Source of the DNA: Escherichia coli
Lineage (GTDB): Bacteria > Pseudomonadota > Gammaproteobacteria > Enterobacterales > Enterobacteriaceae
DNA length: 64,000 nt
Assembly (NCBI RefSeq): GCF_003334405.1
Contig: NZ_QOWM01000005.1
Reading direction: 5' to 3' (one strand)
Position numbers and translations under genes: made by a program
Shown: in pieces, positions 36,851 to 47,811 of the stretch
Layout: every line of letters starts with the position of its first letter
Numbering within the stretch: the first letter of the stretch is position 1
Notes under the pieces: generated by a model
What the model saw: only the letters and a program-made list of their open reading frames with translations
Database searches by the model: none
Told to the model about the DNA's origin: nothing

Positions 36851-37831
36851 ATGAACGCAATAATATCGCCTGATTATTACTATATTCTTACCGTTGCTGG
36901 TCAGTCTAATGCCATGGCGTATGGCGAAGGACTGCCATTACCGGACAGGGAAGATGCGCCTCATCCCAGAATTAAACAATTAGCGAGATTTGCGCATACG
37001 CATCCCGGAGGCCCGTCATGTCACTTTAACGACATTATTCCACTGACTCACTGCCCACACGATGTTCAGGATATGCAGGGTTATCACCATCCTCTGGCAA
37101 CGAATCATCAAACACAGTACGGCACCGTTGGCCAGGCACTGCATATAGCACGGAAATTACTGCCCTTTATTCCTGATAATGCAGGGGTTCTCATCGTTCC
37201 GTGTTGCCGTGGCGGATCGGCTTTTACCGCGGGCAGCGAAGGAACATATTCAGAACGGCACGGAGCCAGCCATGATGCTTGTCGTTGGGGAACGGATACT
37301 CCGCTATACCAGGATTTAGTCAGCAGAACGCGAGCCGCACTGGCAAAAAATCCGCATAACAAATTCCTCGGCGTATGCTGGATGCAAGGCGAATTTGACT
37401 TAATGACCAGTGACTACGCGTCACACCCTCAACACTTTAATCATATGGTTGAAGCCTTTCGTAGGGATCTAAAACAATACCATTCTCAGCTTAATAATAT
37501 TACTGACGCACCGTGGTTTTGCGGCGATACCACCTGGTACTGGAAAGAAAATTTCCCTCATGCGTATGAAGTTATTTATGGCAATTATCAAAATAATGTT
37601 TTAGCCAATATTATTTTCGTCGACTTCCAGCAACAAGGTGAAAGAGGACTGACGAACGCGCCTGATGAAGACCCGGACGATTTAAGCACGGGATATTACG
37701 GTTCAGCGTACCGGTCACCGGAGAACTGGACGACGGCACTGCGAAGCAGTCATTTCAGCACGGCAGCCCGTCGGGGGATTATTTCTGACAAGTTTGTAGA
37801 AGCAATTTTGCAGTTTTGGCGCGAAAGGTGA
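36851..37831 (+). CDS. nanS: 9-O-acetyl-N-acetylneuraminate esterase
   Basis: ORF 36824..37831 trimmed to MNAIISPDYYYIL for 326 aa. Confidence 0.85.
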   Translation: MNAIISPDYYYILTVAGQSNAMAYGEGLPLPDREDAPHPRIKQLARFAHTHPGGPSCHFNDIIPLTHCPHDVQDMQGYHHPLATNHQTQYGTVGQALHIARKLLPFIPDNAGVLIVPCCRGGSAFTAGSEGTYSERHGASHDACRWGTDTPLYQDLVSRTRAALAKNPHNKFLGVCWMQGEFDLMTSDYASHPQHFNHMVEAFRRDLKQYHSQLNNITDAPWFCGDTTWYWKENFPHAYEVIYGNYQNNVLANIIFVDFQQQGERGLTNAPDEDPDDLSTGYYGSAYRSPENWTTALRSSHFSTAARRGIISDKFVEAILQFWRER

Positions 37832-37838
37832 GCGTTCA

Positions 37839-38489
37839 TTAATTTGATTTATTCGCATCCATCAGCGCTTTTAACTGCTCCGGCGTAAACGGTGGTTTGC
37901 GTCGGTGCAACATCGCATGGCAATTAGGGTACACAGGCAGCAAATCATTAACTGGATCCAGCTGGTAATCCTCTTTAATGGCTGACAGCGGCACCAGGTG
38001 ATGCACATGGATAAAGCCTTCAGCGATATCACCATAGATCTTCACCAGATCAACACCGCATACGTTGCACTGGCATCCATGATGTTCGACCGCTTTATCT
38101 CGGGCCTTTTTATCGCGTTCATAGCGGTTTACTGTCACCTTTATCGCCGCACCTTCAAGGTATGTCTCCTGCGACGGCAACTCATCCGGGAACAGAACGT
38201 CGGCTATGGGAGCCGCAGCGGCTTTATCCAGATGAATATGAAATCCCTGCTCTATGAGTAGCTTGACACATTTAGATTTTATTCCGCCGGTGAAATCCGC
38301 AGGGGTAAATTGCGTCCCCGTCATCAATGTCGCTGCGATGCCAGCAATCGCCTTCGAGGGGTAACGTCGGCCATGATATTCAATCTCATACAACCGCGCA
38401 GGCTGGAACTGATGAGTTTCTCCCGCATCCCATAAATGGATAGCTTCGATGATATACCGCCGCGGAAGATGATCAGGGAGTTTATTCAT
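37839..38489 (-). CDS. HNH-family nuclease with an uncharacterised ~135 aa N-terminal domain
   Basis: 216 aa; C-terminal GCQCNVCG...IHVHHLVPL...NDLLPVYPNCHAMLH is a zinc-ribbon HNH motif; convergent with nanS. Confidence 0.6.
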   Translation of the reverse strand: MNKLPDHLPRRYIIEAIHLWDAGETHQFQPARLYEIEYHGRRYPSKAIAGIAATLMTGTQFTPADFTGGIKSKCVKLLIEQGFHIHLDKAAAAPIADVLFPDELPSQETYLEGAAIKVTVNRYERDKKARDKAVEHHGCQCNVCGVDLVKIYGDIAEGFIHVHHLVPLSAIKEDYQLDPVNDLLPVYPNCHAMLHRRKPPFTPEQLKALMDANKSN

Positions 38490-38568
38490 GGAGAATGTCC
38501 TTATACGTTCTCAGAACAGGCAGCAAAAAAACAAATGAGATCAAGGTAATATATCTTCACTTGCAGGC

Positions 38569-38811
38569 TTGAACAGCAGAAAATTTGCGAGCATGATCGC
38601 AATTATTTCACTGCCAGGGATATCAATAGCTTCCAGTAAATCGCTACAGCAGGCAATTGCCAATATAAAAATCTGGCACAAGGGTGAACAGCGCGCGCCG
38701 CATAAGCCATTGTTATTGCTATACGTATTAGCGGGATACCTGAATGGACATCCGCGCCTTTTCGATTATTGTAGTGGAACAGTCTACGAGGATGCAGTTC
38801 GAAGTGAGTAA
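38569..38811 (+). other. unassigned 80 aa ORF divergent from the HNH gene
   Basis: Contains ...KIWHKGEQRAPHKPLLLLYVLAGYLNGHPRLF...; no confident family assignment. Confidence 0.25.
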
Positions 38812-39255
38812 GTAAAGGTTGCTGGAAACGATCAATGCCGCCATACAATGATTTTTTAGGATCAACAATGAGTAATAAAAACTACGAAAGTCACCGCAAA
38901 GCGATTGTTAGTAAAGGTATACCACCCGCTCTATTAAATAGGCTCACCAATTCGGATGTTCAGGTGATCAATACCTTCTTAACACGAGTGAGCAAACTGG
39001 AACTATCTCAACAAGAGAAAGACTGGATCATAAAAATCATCTCTATGGTTTAGACAATTTCAGCCTTGTAGCCTTTCAAGGGTTTTGTGTGGGTACAAAC
39101 ATTATCGAATCGGGGTATAGCCGCAGCTGTAGCTGTATCCACATCAGTAAGTTGATGTAGGTTGACTTAGGTTGAGCGAAAAATAGCGAAAAGCCTTGTG
39201 TGGCGCGGATTTCAGTCATAAAAAAACGTCCGTTGATGTCTATTGATGTTCCGAT

Positions 39256-39293
39256 GGTGCGAAGGTGCAAAGGTGCGAAGGCCGGACTCAAAC
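39256..39293. repeat. degenerate tRNA-Leu 3'-end-like sequence with a partial tandem duplication; probable island attachment-site remnant
   Basis: ggtgcgaaggccggactcaaac resembles the reverse complement of a tRNA-Leu acceptor/T-arm end (TGGTGCCGAAGGCCGGACTCGAACC); ggtgcgaagg also occurs immediately upstream. Confidence 0.4.
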
Positions 39294-39770
39294 ATGTGAC
39301 TTAACCTCATGATTTAAAATTGTTAATAATAAACAATATCATCTTATACCAACACAGATACCAACACGAAAAATCACTGGTTTTCGGCATCGAACCAGGA
39401 CAATCAGCTCCTGATTGAGATACCGAGCTCTGTTACTCGTCATCTTCCTCGACAGGCTTCATTGCATCAAGTAGTACTCGCACCATCGCGATAGAACCAA
39501 TCCGGATAAAAGCATCTTCTCCATCTATATCTGTTAACTGATATCGCTCACTTGATGCCGGATAATTGTGTCGATTTGCAGCAGTGAACTCTTTCGTACA
39601 GCCAGAATGCGGCGGATGCTGGTTGAGCAGATAACGTCCGTATTCTCGTTGACCACTTCCGGACGGTAGGCTGTGATATCAGACATAATCGATATTCCTT
39701 TTTGCAGATAAATGAAAATGCCAGCCCTGTTCAGGCTGGCGTCAGTGGAATGAAGTCTGGTGAGTAAGAC

Positions 39771-39968
39771 TCACCGGTTCTGGTGCTGAAGCTGCAGTTG
39801 GCGCAGGGTACGGATATCCTCTCTGGCCTGTTCGATACAGGGCAACAGTGCTGCTGAATCCGTTTTATCCTCATTGTTGTCAAAGATAATTCCCGATTCG
39901 CAGTCGATATTGTCCTGCAGCCACGCAATCAGAATATCCAGTGCGGTTTCCGTGGTTAATGATTTCAT
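39771..39968 (-). CDS. small DUF957-like island protein
   Basis: 65 aa MKSLTTETALDILIAWLQDNIDCESG..., typical last gene of CP4-type toxin-antitoxin modules. Confidence 0.4.
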   Translation of the reverse strand: MKSLTTETALDILIAWLQDNIDCESGIIFDNNEDKTDSAALLPCIEQAREDIRTLRQLQLQHQNR

Positions 39969-39979
39969 GTTGTTCCTGG

Positions 39980-40468
39980 TTACCAGTTGAAAGTGGGTAA
40001 ACCCGGCAGGCATTCAGCGCTGGCATCCAGATGAATGAGACTGACGCCATAACGTCGGGTAAGTGTGATAACCAGACGACGGAACGTTTTTGACAGCCCC
40101 AGGCGTTTAAGCCGCAGAACCGGATATGACCACGCATCGGTACGTAACAGATATCCGCTACCTGTGAAATGAATCCATTCTGATTCACCAACGTCACTGG
40201 TCTGATGCGACAGCGAGTACAGCCAGGCGTTATCCTTTTCCGTGATATGTGCGGTACTGCAGCGTATGCCGGCAAGGGTTGCAAACGGTGGTAGTGTGCA
40301 GGTTGACTGTTGGTCGGATTCCTCCACCACGCGGAGTGAATAACCGTTTTCAGCGACCTTGTTAATCAGTTCAGTGAGATTAACACCATCGACGTCAACG
40401 ACAATTCGCCCCATGTTCAGTGCCTGCACATTAATTCTGTCGGCTTCCAGCATCAGGGAAAGTTTCAT
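39980..40468 (-). CDS. YeeW-like (DUF5983-type) protein
   Basis: 162 aa, start overlaps the toxin gene stop by 4 nt. Confidence 0.45.
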   Translation of the reverse strand: MKLSLMLEADRINVQALNMGRIVVDVDGVNLTELINKVAENGYSLRVVEESDQQSTCTLPPFATLAGIRCSTAHITEKDNAWLYSLSHQTSDVGESEWIHFTGSGYLLRTDAWSYPVLRLKRLGLSKTFRRLVITLTRRYGVSLIHLDASAECLPGLPTFNW

Positions 40469-40839
40469 CGTTTCTCCGGATGCTTACCCAGGGTAATGTT
40501 ATTTACCGTTCTGTAATTGTCGCGGGTCATCAGGCCGGTCGCCCTGCGAGCCCGGAGGATATCAATACTGTTTATTAACTGAGAGCGGGGACAAGTGCTG
40601 AATCCCGGCTGGTCGGTACGCACCAGCGCGTATTTTTCCACGAGAAAATTCACCGCATCACACAGTGAAATGCCAGCTTCAATATGCTGCTCAATCACAC
40701 GTTCATCGGCGAACGGTGTGTCATTCAGTGTAAGGCCGTAATGCTGGCCCAGTAGTCGGGAGAGCAGAGTCTGCCAGATGGTGACGGGAGACGGGCAGCT
40801 CGATGCCTCCCGTACGTGTGTATCGGGTAATGTTTTCAT
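40465..40839 (-). CDS. CbtA/YkfI/YpjF-family toxin
   Basis: 124 aa; [45 protein letters not shown] highly similar to recalled CbtA. Confidence 0.8.
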   Translation of the reverse strand: MKTLPDTHVREASSCPSPVTIWQTLLSRLLGQHYGLTLNDTPFADERVIEQHIEAGISLCDAVNFLVEKYALVRTDQPGFSTCPRSQLINSIDILRARRATGLMTRDNYRTVNNITLGKHPEKR

Positions 40840-40928
40840 ACTGAAGGTTTTCCTGATATGCAGAGATGAAAAATGGAAAAGTGGCGTGGTGAAAGCACCA
40901 GGCCGGAGCAGAAGGTTATTCCGGTGGT

Positions 40929-41297
40929 TTACTTTTTCGTTTCGGGCGTCGGATAAACAGCCAGATAAACGTAACCACCGCTACCGAGAGTGTCAGCTTT
41001 GCAGGTCAGACCTTTTGCATACAGCGTGACGGTATGCTGATGGCGGGGATTCAGTTCACCGCTGGTGAGCATGAGTTCCAGTTGTTTCATCAGCAGCGGA
41101 AAGGCCTGGTCCAGGTGGTACGCATCTGCATCGCTGAACAGGCCTCTGATACCGGCGCGGTCGGCAAGGTAATGCAGGCGGTTACCCTCCTGCACCAGAC
41201 GGGCGCCGAAACAGGGCGTCACTGTGCAGGGTAGTCTCCACCAGGGATGGTCGTCATTGTCATCGGGATGCGTTGTCCCGGAAAGTGTGTCTGACAC
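40929..41297 (-). CDS. CbeA/YeeU-family antitoxin
   Basis: ORF 40929..41405 trimmed to GTG start (VSDTLSGTT...) for 122 aa; [34 protein letters not shown]. Confidence 0.8.
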   Translation of the reverse strand: MSDTLSGTTHPDDNDDHPWWRLPCTVTPCFGARLVQEGNRLHYLADRAGIRGLFSDADAYHLDQAFPLLMKQLELMLTSGELNPRHQHTVTLYAKGLTCKADTLGSGGYVYLAVYPTPETKK

Positions 41298-41459
41298 GAT
41301 AAAATCCTCACAGAAAATCGGTGAATGATAGTTTAACGATGACGGGTCAGCCGGCGCGCAGACCGGCTTCGGTAAAGGTGTATTCGTTGATGAGCAGGAC
41401 CTCATCCACAGCGGCGTCTGAGCTCAGCCAGTCGTACTCGTTTTCCGGGTGACGGAACA

Positions 41460-41681
41460 TCAGTTCAGGGTGACGCTCATCAGCCGGACATACGGACCAA
41501 AACTGTCCTTACGGCGTTCTGCAAACACGGCCAGCACACCGGGAATATCCTGCACTTCACGACCGGTATACGCTTCAGCACTGCCGTGCCAGCGGTATTT
41601 GCCGGTACAGAACGGAAAAAGACGGGATGCCGGATGCTGACGGTGAATACGCATGGCTTCGCCACGGGTGATGATTTTCAT
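41460..41681 (-). CDS. YeeT-like (DUF987) protein
   Basis: 73 aa MKIITRGEAMRIHRQHPASRLFPFCTGKYRWHGSAEAYTGREVQDIPG... Confidence 0.65.
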   Translation of the reverse strand: MKIITRGEAMRIHRQHPASRLFPFCTGKYRWHGSAEAYTGREVQDIPGVLAVFAERRKDSFGPYVRLMSVTLN

Positions 41682-42149
41682 AGTGGGATACCTCTGAAGA
41701 CAGAAGATAAAAGTGAAAACAGGTGTGATGTGGTTGTGACGGGTTAAAGCAGACCATGTTCGGCAAAGGAGAAAACCTGGCTGCCACCGACTATCAGATG
41801 GTCCGGCACCCGGATAGCTGGAGGTACCGTCATGAGAGTTGAGCAGAATAATTTCAGGGACATGTTCTCCGTTTATCTCTCCGGCCCGCCGCAGACGCAG
41901 CATGTGTTTTGTGTATCCCCGGCGGCCCGGGTCGCGCACACGGGTCTGGCAGGCGAAGAATGGCTGAAAGCCTTCCCGCTGCAGGCTTTCCAGTACGGTG
42001 ATGGTGGGGATGTACGTATAGTTCTGGCTTCGGGACGTGTGTTTATCTTCCCCGAAAATCCCCGGCACATAGTGCATCAGTTCTTCGTGTGTCAGCGGAC
42101 GGTCACGGCGTATCTGGTTCGCATAACCAAAACGACTGGCTAGTCGCAT
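41682..42149 (-). pseudogene. 5' fragment of a DUF932-like (YfjQ-type) gene, frameshifted and fused in-frame to the yeeT-like ORF
   Basis: First ~120 codons of ORF 41460..42149 (MRLASRFGYANQIRRDRPL...LLNSHDGTSSY) look DUF932-like, then lose resemblance. Confidence 0.4.
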
Positions 42150-42560
42150 AATTTGCTCCTTATCGGTGGTTAAGATTTACTGGTGTAATAAATGAAAAAG
42201 CCACGTCTCCCGGAGAAGACGCGGCCTGATGGGTGAAATGAATGACGTTTATTGTCTGAGAAGACCGTCACTGGCGAGCCGCGTATTAAGCACCTTTCCG
42301 GCATCGGGTTCAGAATTCCGGCAGCGCCAGCGTCGCTGACCTTCCGCGTTGCGGATAACCCGACGGAAATGCATTCCCGGGTCATCCTGGATAAACACAT
42401 TGCGGTAAGCGGTTATGACAGCAACCGCCTGCCCGTATGAGAAAGATCCTTCAGCCAGGACATACTCTGTGTAACCCGGCATATCTGTTTTCTCCTGATA
42501 AATAAAAAGCCTCTGCCACGCGTTGTGACAGAGGCTGAAGCATGAAACTGACTTCAGGGA

Positions 42561-43016
42561 TCAGTTAACGTTTTTTCCGGAAACGGTAATCAGCAGTGGA
42601 TGGTAGTCCTGGGGATTGAAAACCGATAACGGCAGACTGACACGATGGCCGTTACTTTCTTCAGTTGCTTTGATGATTTCGGTTGTGGCGACATTTTCCA
42701 CGCACTCCGTTTCCAGAAATGCGTCTGTGGTTCGCGTGGCATTACTGTCACCAAAAGCTTCCGTTTCCATTTTTCTGGTCACCAGCGTCTGACCATATTT
42801 GTCTTTGAGTTGCAGAGTGATGGTGAGGGGGCCAAATCCTTCATCGTTTCCGCCATTATCCAGCCGGAACTGGTAAGCACAAATATTTCCCGGGAGCCAT
42901 ATCGTATCTGTATTGCGTATACTGATGTAACGTTGATCCTGTGCCCGGAGTGGGGCAGACCACGTTAACCCCAGAATGAAGGCGGTAATCATGCAGGTTT
43001 TGAACAGGTGAATCAT
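42561..43016 (-). CDS. hypothetical secreted protein
   Basis: 151 aa with N-terminal signal-peptide-like hydrophobic segment ending ...APLRAQ. Confidence 0.45.
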   Translation of the reverse strand: MIHLFKTCMITAFILGLTWSAPLRAQDQRYISIRNTDTIWLPGNICAYQFRLDNGGNDEGFGPLTITLQLKDKYGQTLVTRKMETEAFGDSNATRTTDAFLETECVENVATTEIIKATEESNGHRVSLPLSVFNPQDYHPLLITVSGKNVN

Positions 43017-43091
43017 GGTATTTACCTCTCTGAGTCATGACGATGACACTGACAAATCAGGTGATAAAGCGTAAAAGGCGCAGAATAGCCG

Positions 43092-44057
43092 TTATGCCGG
43101 TAACTCCGGGGGTAATGCTTCTTCCAGTCGGTTAACCATATTGCCGAGATGGGATGCATCATATTCCATGACGGGGCGTTGCCTGATGATACTGACCACC
43201 AGTGGTTTGATTAACATATTGGTCGCGGCCCGTTGTTGTATACCGGCGGCGAAAATGATCTCCAGAGCATTCTGATCGATAACACGGGCCAGATTCTCGT
43301 TCAGATTTTCAATCTCATGTCCGGTCAGCAGGAAACTGCCGGCAAGCCATGTCACCTGCTCCTGAATCATTGCCAGAATTTTGACGCGATCTTCTTCAAC
43401 CAGCGCTCCGGCAATTTTTCCTGATACAGCGGAGGCAATCATTCCCCCCAGAACACCGCCAACCACACGCCCTGTCAGTGCACCAAATGGTCCCAGTGGA
43501 CTGAACAGTATTCCGCCCGCCACTGACCCGACAGCACCACCTGCCACACCGGAAGATGCCACGGCAAGATTCCTGATGAACTGCGTACCGGAGATCCGTC
43601 CCCGCAACATTTTGATCATGTCAGGGCCGGTTGTGACAGCTACCAGTGCCAGAGATGTCACCAGCGTACCCTTCATCACTTTGTTCAGGGCACTGATATT
43701 TCCTGCACCGGTCCCCTTCTGAAGAGCCAGTCGAACAGTCGGGCTGGCAGTCGAAAAATCAATGTGCTTCAGCATACCCTGAACAACACTGAGCCGGTGG
43801 AGTTGCTGGGTTGTGACGTAGACAGCCAGTGTGCGGGTGAAGGTTTTTCCTGCCTGGACAGCAGCTGTCTGCAGGGCAGCATCGCGATCGCCGGTGCTGA
43901 GCCAGAAGACCGATGCCGTCAGGGCAAAACTGATCCCTCCGGCCGCCAGACTGACAACCGAACCCTCGGCAATATCATAAGTGACCGATTCGATGGTCCC
44001 GAACCGGGTGATATTACGGGCCTGAGTATAAGTCAGATGAGCCATACACGCGGCTTC
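43092..44057 (-). pseudogene. C-terminal fragment of an unidentified glycine-zipper-rich island protein, fused in-frame to a truncated IS66 tnpC
   Basis: Last ~320 codons of ORF 43092..45068; [41 protein letters not shown]; unlike IS66 TnpC C-termini. Confidence 0.35.
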
Positions 44058-45950
44058 CGTTATTCTGCCGGATTCGTATAACGCCCGGTAACCACCGTAA
44101 GCATCGGCCTGAAGCACACCGCTGTAACCGGCCAGGTGATTTTGTGGATGGATACCTTTCCGGTCCGGACTGTACGCGAACCAGACCGCCGGGGGCATCT
44201 GTGAACCGGCGTTACGGTCATCACGGACGTAGACCCACAGCCGGGCTGTCCGGGTTTTACCGCTGCCCGGCTCCTGGACCGGGACGGGGATATCATCAGC
44301 ATGGACTTTACCGGGCATCAGCACATACTGGCGCAGGACGTCATACAGCGGCTCCAGCAGTTCAGCAACAGCACCTGTCCAGCGCCCCAGTGTGGCACGG
44401 CTCAGCTCCACTCCCTGACGACGGTATATTTCTGACTGGCGGTATAACGGCAGATGGTCTGCATATTTCCCGGTGACAACATGGGCCAGAAGCCCCGCTC
44501 CGGCATAACTGCGTGCAATGGGTTTTGAAGGTACTGGTGCCTGCACGATATGGTCGCACCGGCAACAGGCCTGTTTCGGACGTTGTGTTTCGATAACCTT
44601 AAAGGCGCTGCTGATAAGCTCCAGTTGCTCTGACACATCACATCCCAGAGAACTGAGTTCACCACCACAGGCAGGACAGCATTCCTCTTCCGGCCGGATA
44701 ACCCGGGTTTCACGGGGAAGTGAGGCCGGTAACGGTTTACGGGCTGAAGACTGGCGCAGGGCGGATGGCAGTACCGGGTCATATTGCTCACCCAGCGTTT
44801 CCGCCATTTCTTCCTGAAGTGCGCTGATTCGCTCCTGTGCTTCCTGTATCTGCCGTTCGGTTTTTGCACGAAGTTTTTCTGAGCTTTTACCGAACTGCAT
44901 ACGTTGCAGTTTCGCAACCAGCGCCTTCAGCCGGTTGATTTCGGAAGCATAAGCCGCCACCCGCTGTGAGAGCAGGCGGTTGTATTCAGCCATCTGGCGG
45001 ATGGTGTCCTGTTGCGTCTGCAACAGTGCCCGCAGGCGGGCGTTCTCATGAGCAAGTGAGGTGTCCATATCCTCACTTTACAACGGGTTATATGCGGATT
45101 CCAGCGCGTTCCGTTCGTTTCGGGTGCTTCCAGTTGATACCTTCAAGAAGCATGGATAACTGAGCCGGAGTAAGGTGCACCTTGCCGTCACGGGTGACTG
45201 GCCAGACGAAGCGGCCCCGCTCCAGGCGTTTGGTGAAGAGGCACAGTCCGTCACTGTCAGCCCACAACACTTTTATCTGGTCACCCCGGCGTCCGCGGAA
45301 GATGAACAGGTGTCCGGAGAACGGGTCATCCTTCAGGACGTTCTGAACTTTTGATGCCAGGCCGTTAAAGCCATTTCGCATATCGGTGATACCTGCAACC
45401 AGCCAGATACGCGAACCTGCAGGGAGAGATATCATCAGTGGCTGCTCCCTTTTATTTCGCGGATAAGTGTCTGTAATAACGCCGGCGTCAGTTTACCTTT
45501 AAGCCTGAGAGTTCCGGCCGGCAGAACCAGCTCACAACACAGACTGTCGGACGGTGTATTTATCTGCTCTGGTTCCTGTGCGGGGGCCGGGATTTTATTA
45601 TCCGGCTCCGGCGTTAACGTCACGGGAAGCAGTGCCGGCATATTTTTTCCGGAAGGCAGCAGGCCACCTTTCCGGTATTGATGGCGCCAGTTGAAGAGCA
45701 GGTTATCGTTGATTCCGTTTTCCCGGGCGATCTGCGCCACACAGGCTCCGGGCTGCAGTGACTGCTCCACTAAGGCGATTTTAAACTCATAAGGGAAGTT
45801 GGGCCGCCGGGGACGTTTTTTTACCACGGGGGCTTCGGATATAACGGTGCTTTCAGGACGTACGACTGGTACCGTGGAAAATTGTCCGTAACCCTCAGTA
45901 TCAGCTGTGAGGTAACGTTCCGGCACGGGACGCTCCGCTTCAATGGCAAT
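44058..45950 (-). mobile_element. IS66-family element, copy 1, truncated at the tnpC 3' side
   Basis: tnpA-like (45435..45926), tnpB (45088..45435; WLVAGITDMRNGFNGL) and first ~337 codons of tnpC (CCPACGG zinc-finger, through EAACMAHL); boundaries approximate. Confidence 0.65.
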
Positions 45951-47811
45951 GTCAGCGAAAAGCTCCTGACTCTGCTGATACAGGAACTGAAGCGATGATC
46001 CCGTTACCTTCCGGGACCAAAATTTGGCTGGTTGCCGGTATCACCGATATGAGAAATGGCTTCAACGGCCTGGCTGCGAAAGTACAAACGGCGCTGAAAG
46101 ACGATCCCATGTCCGGCCATGTTTTCATTTTCCGGGGCCGCAGCGGCAGTCAGGTTAAACTGCTGTGGTCCACCGGTGACGGACTGTGCCTCCTGACCAA
46201 ACGGCTGGAGCGTGGGCGCTTCGCCTGGCCGTCAGCCCGTGATGGCAAAGTGTTCCTTACGCAGGCGCAGCTGGCGATGCTGCTGGAAGGTATCGACTGG
46301 CGACAGCCCAAGCGGCTGCTGACCTCCCTGACCATGCTGTAAATCTCTTTATCCTGGTTGTCACAGAATAAGCCCGGTAAAATACGGGCTTATGAACGAC
46401 ATCTCTTCTGACGACATCTTCCTGCTAAAACAGCGCCTGGCCGAACAGGAAGCGCTGATCCACGCCCTGCAGGAAAAGCTGAGCAACCGGGAGCGCGAAA
46501 TAGACCATCTGCAGGCGCAGCTGGATAAACTCCGCCGGATGAACTTCGGCAGTCGTTCCGAAAAAGTCTCCCGCCGTATCGCACAAATGGAAGCCGATCT
46601 GAACCGGCTTCAGAAAGAGAGCGATACGCTGACTGGTAGGGTGTATGACCCGGCAGTACAGCGTCCGTTGCGTCAGACCCGCACCCGTAAGCCGTTCCCT
46701 GAATCACTACCCCGTGACGAAAAGCGACTGTTGCCTGCGGCGCCGTGCTGCCCGAACTGCGGCGGTTCACTGAGCTATCTGGGCGAGGATACCGCCGAAC
46801 AGCTGGAGTTGATGCGTAGCGCATTCCGGGTTATCCGGACGGTACGGGAAAAACATGCCTGTACTCAGTGCGATGCCATCGTGCAGGCACCTGCACCTTC
46901 GCGGCCCATCGAGCGGGGTATCGCCGGACCGGGGCTGCTGGCCCGCGTGCTGACCTCGAAGTATGCAGAGCACACCCCGCTGTATTGCCAGTCAGAAATA
47001 TACGGCCGGCAAGGTGTGGAGCTGAGCCGTTCACTGCTGTCAGGCTGGGTGGATGCATGCTGCCGGCTGCTGTCTCCGCTGGAAGAGGCGCTTCATGGCT
47101 ATGTCATGACTGACGGCAAACTCCATGCCGATGATACCCCGGTCCAGGTACTGCTGCCGGGTAATAAGAAGACGAGGACCGGGCGGTTGTGGGCGTATGT
47201 TCGTGATGACCGCAATGCCGGGTCAGCGTTGGCACCTGCAGTGTGGTTCGCTTACAGCCCGGACAGAAAAGGCATCCATCCGCAGACTCATCTTGCTTGC
47301 TTCAGCGGTGTGCTGCAAGCGGATGCGTACGCCGGGTTCAACGAGCTGTATCGCAATGGTGGGATAACGGAAGCTGCCTGCTGGGCTCATGCCCGCCGAA
47401 AGATCCACGATGTGCACGTCCGCATCCCGTCAGCACTGACGGAAGAAGCCCTGGAGCAGATCGGTCAGTTGTACGCCATAGAGGCGGATATAAGGGGAAT
47501 GCCGGCAGAGCAGCGGCTTGCTGAACGTCAGCGAAAAACGAAACCGCTGTTGAAATCCCTGGAAAGCTGGTTGCGTGAAAAGATGAAGACCCTGTTCTTC
47601 GGCTCTGGCCATGGTGGTGAGCGGGGAGCGCTACTGTACAGCCTGATCGGGACGTGCAAACTGAATGACGTGGATCCAGAAAGCTACCTTCGCCATGTGC
47701 CTGGCGTCATAGCAGACTGGCCGGTCAACCGGGTCAGCGAACTGCTTCCGTGGCGCATAGCACTGCCAGCTGAATAACACATCCCCGTCAATACGGCCCT
47801 CGCTGTACGCT
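45951..47811 (+). mobile_element. IS66-family element, copy 2, lacking most of tnpA
   Basis: tnpA C-terminal tail (...EKLLTLLIQELKR), tnpB 45995..46342, tnpC 46392..47777 (461 aa), terminal GTAAGCG-type end at about 47805-47811; TnpB only ~75% identical to copy 1. Confidence 0.65.

Noticed and set aside
39256-39293. Possible tRNA gene
   Set aside because: Only about 22 nt resemble a tRNA 3' end; no D-arm or anticodon arm can be built from the upstream sequence, so it is annotated as an att-type remnant.
45927-45994. Intact terminal inverted repeats for the IS66 copies at their shared junction
   Set aside because: No GTAAGCG-type terminal sequence was found here, so both copies are treated as truncated rather than nested intact elements.
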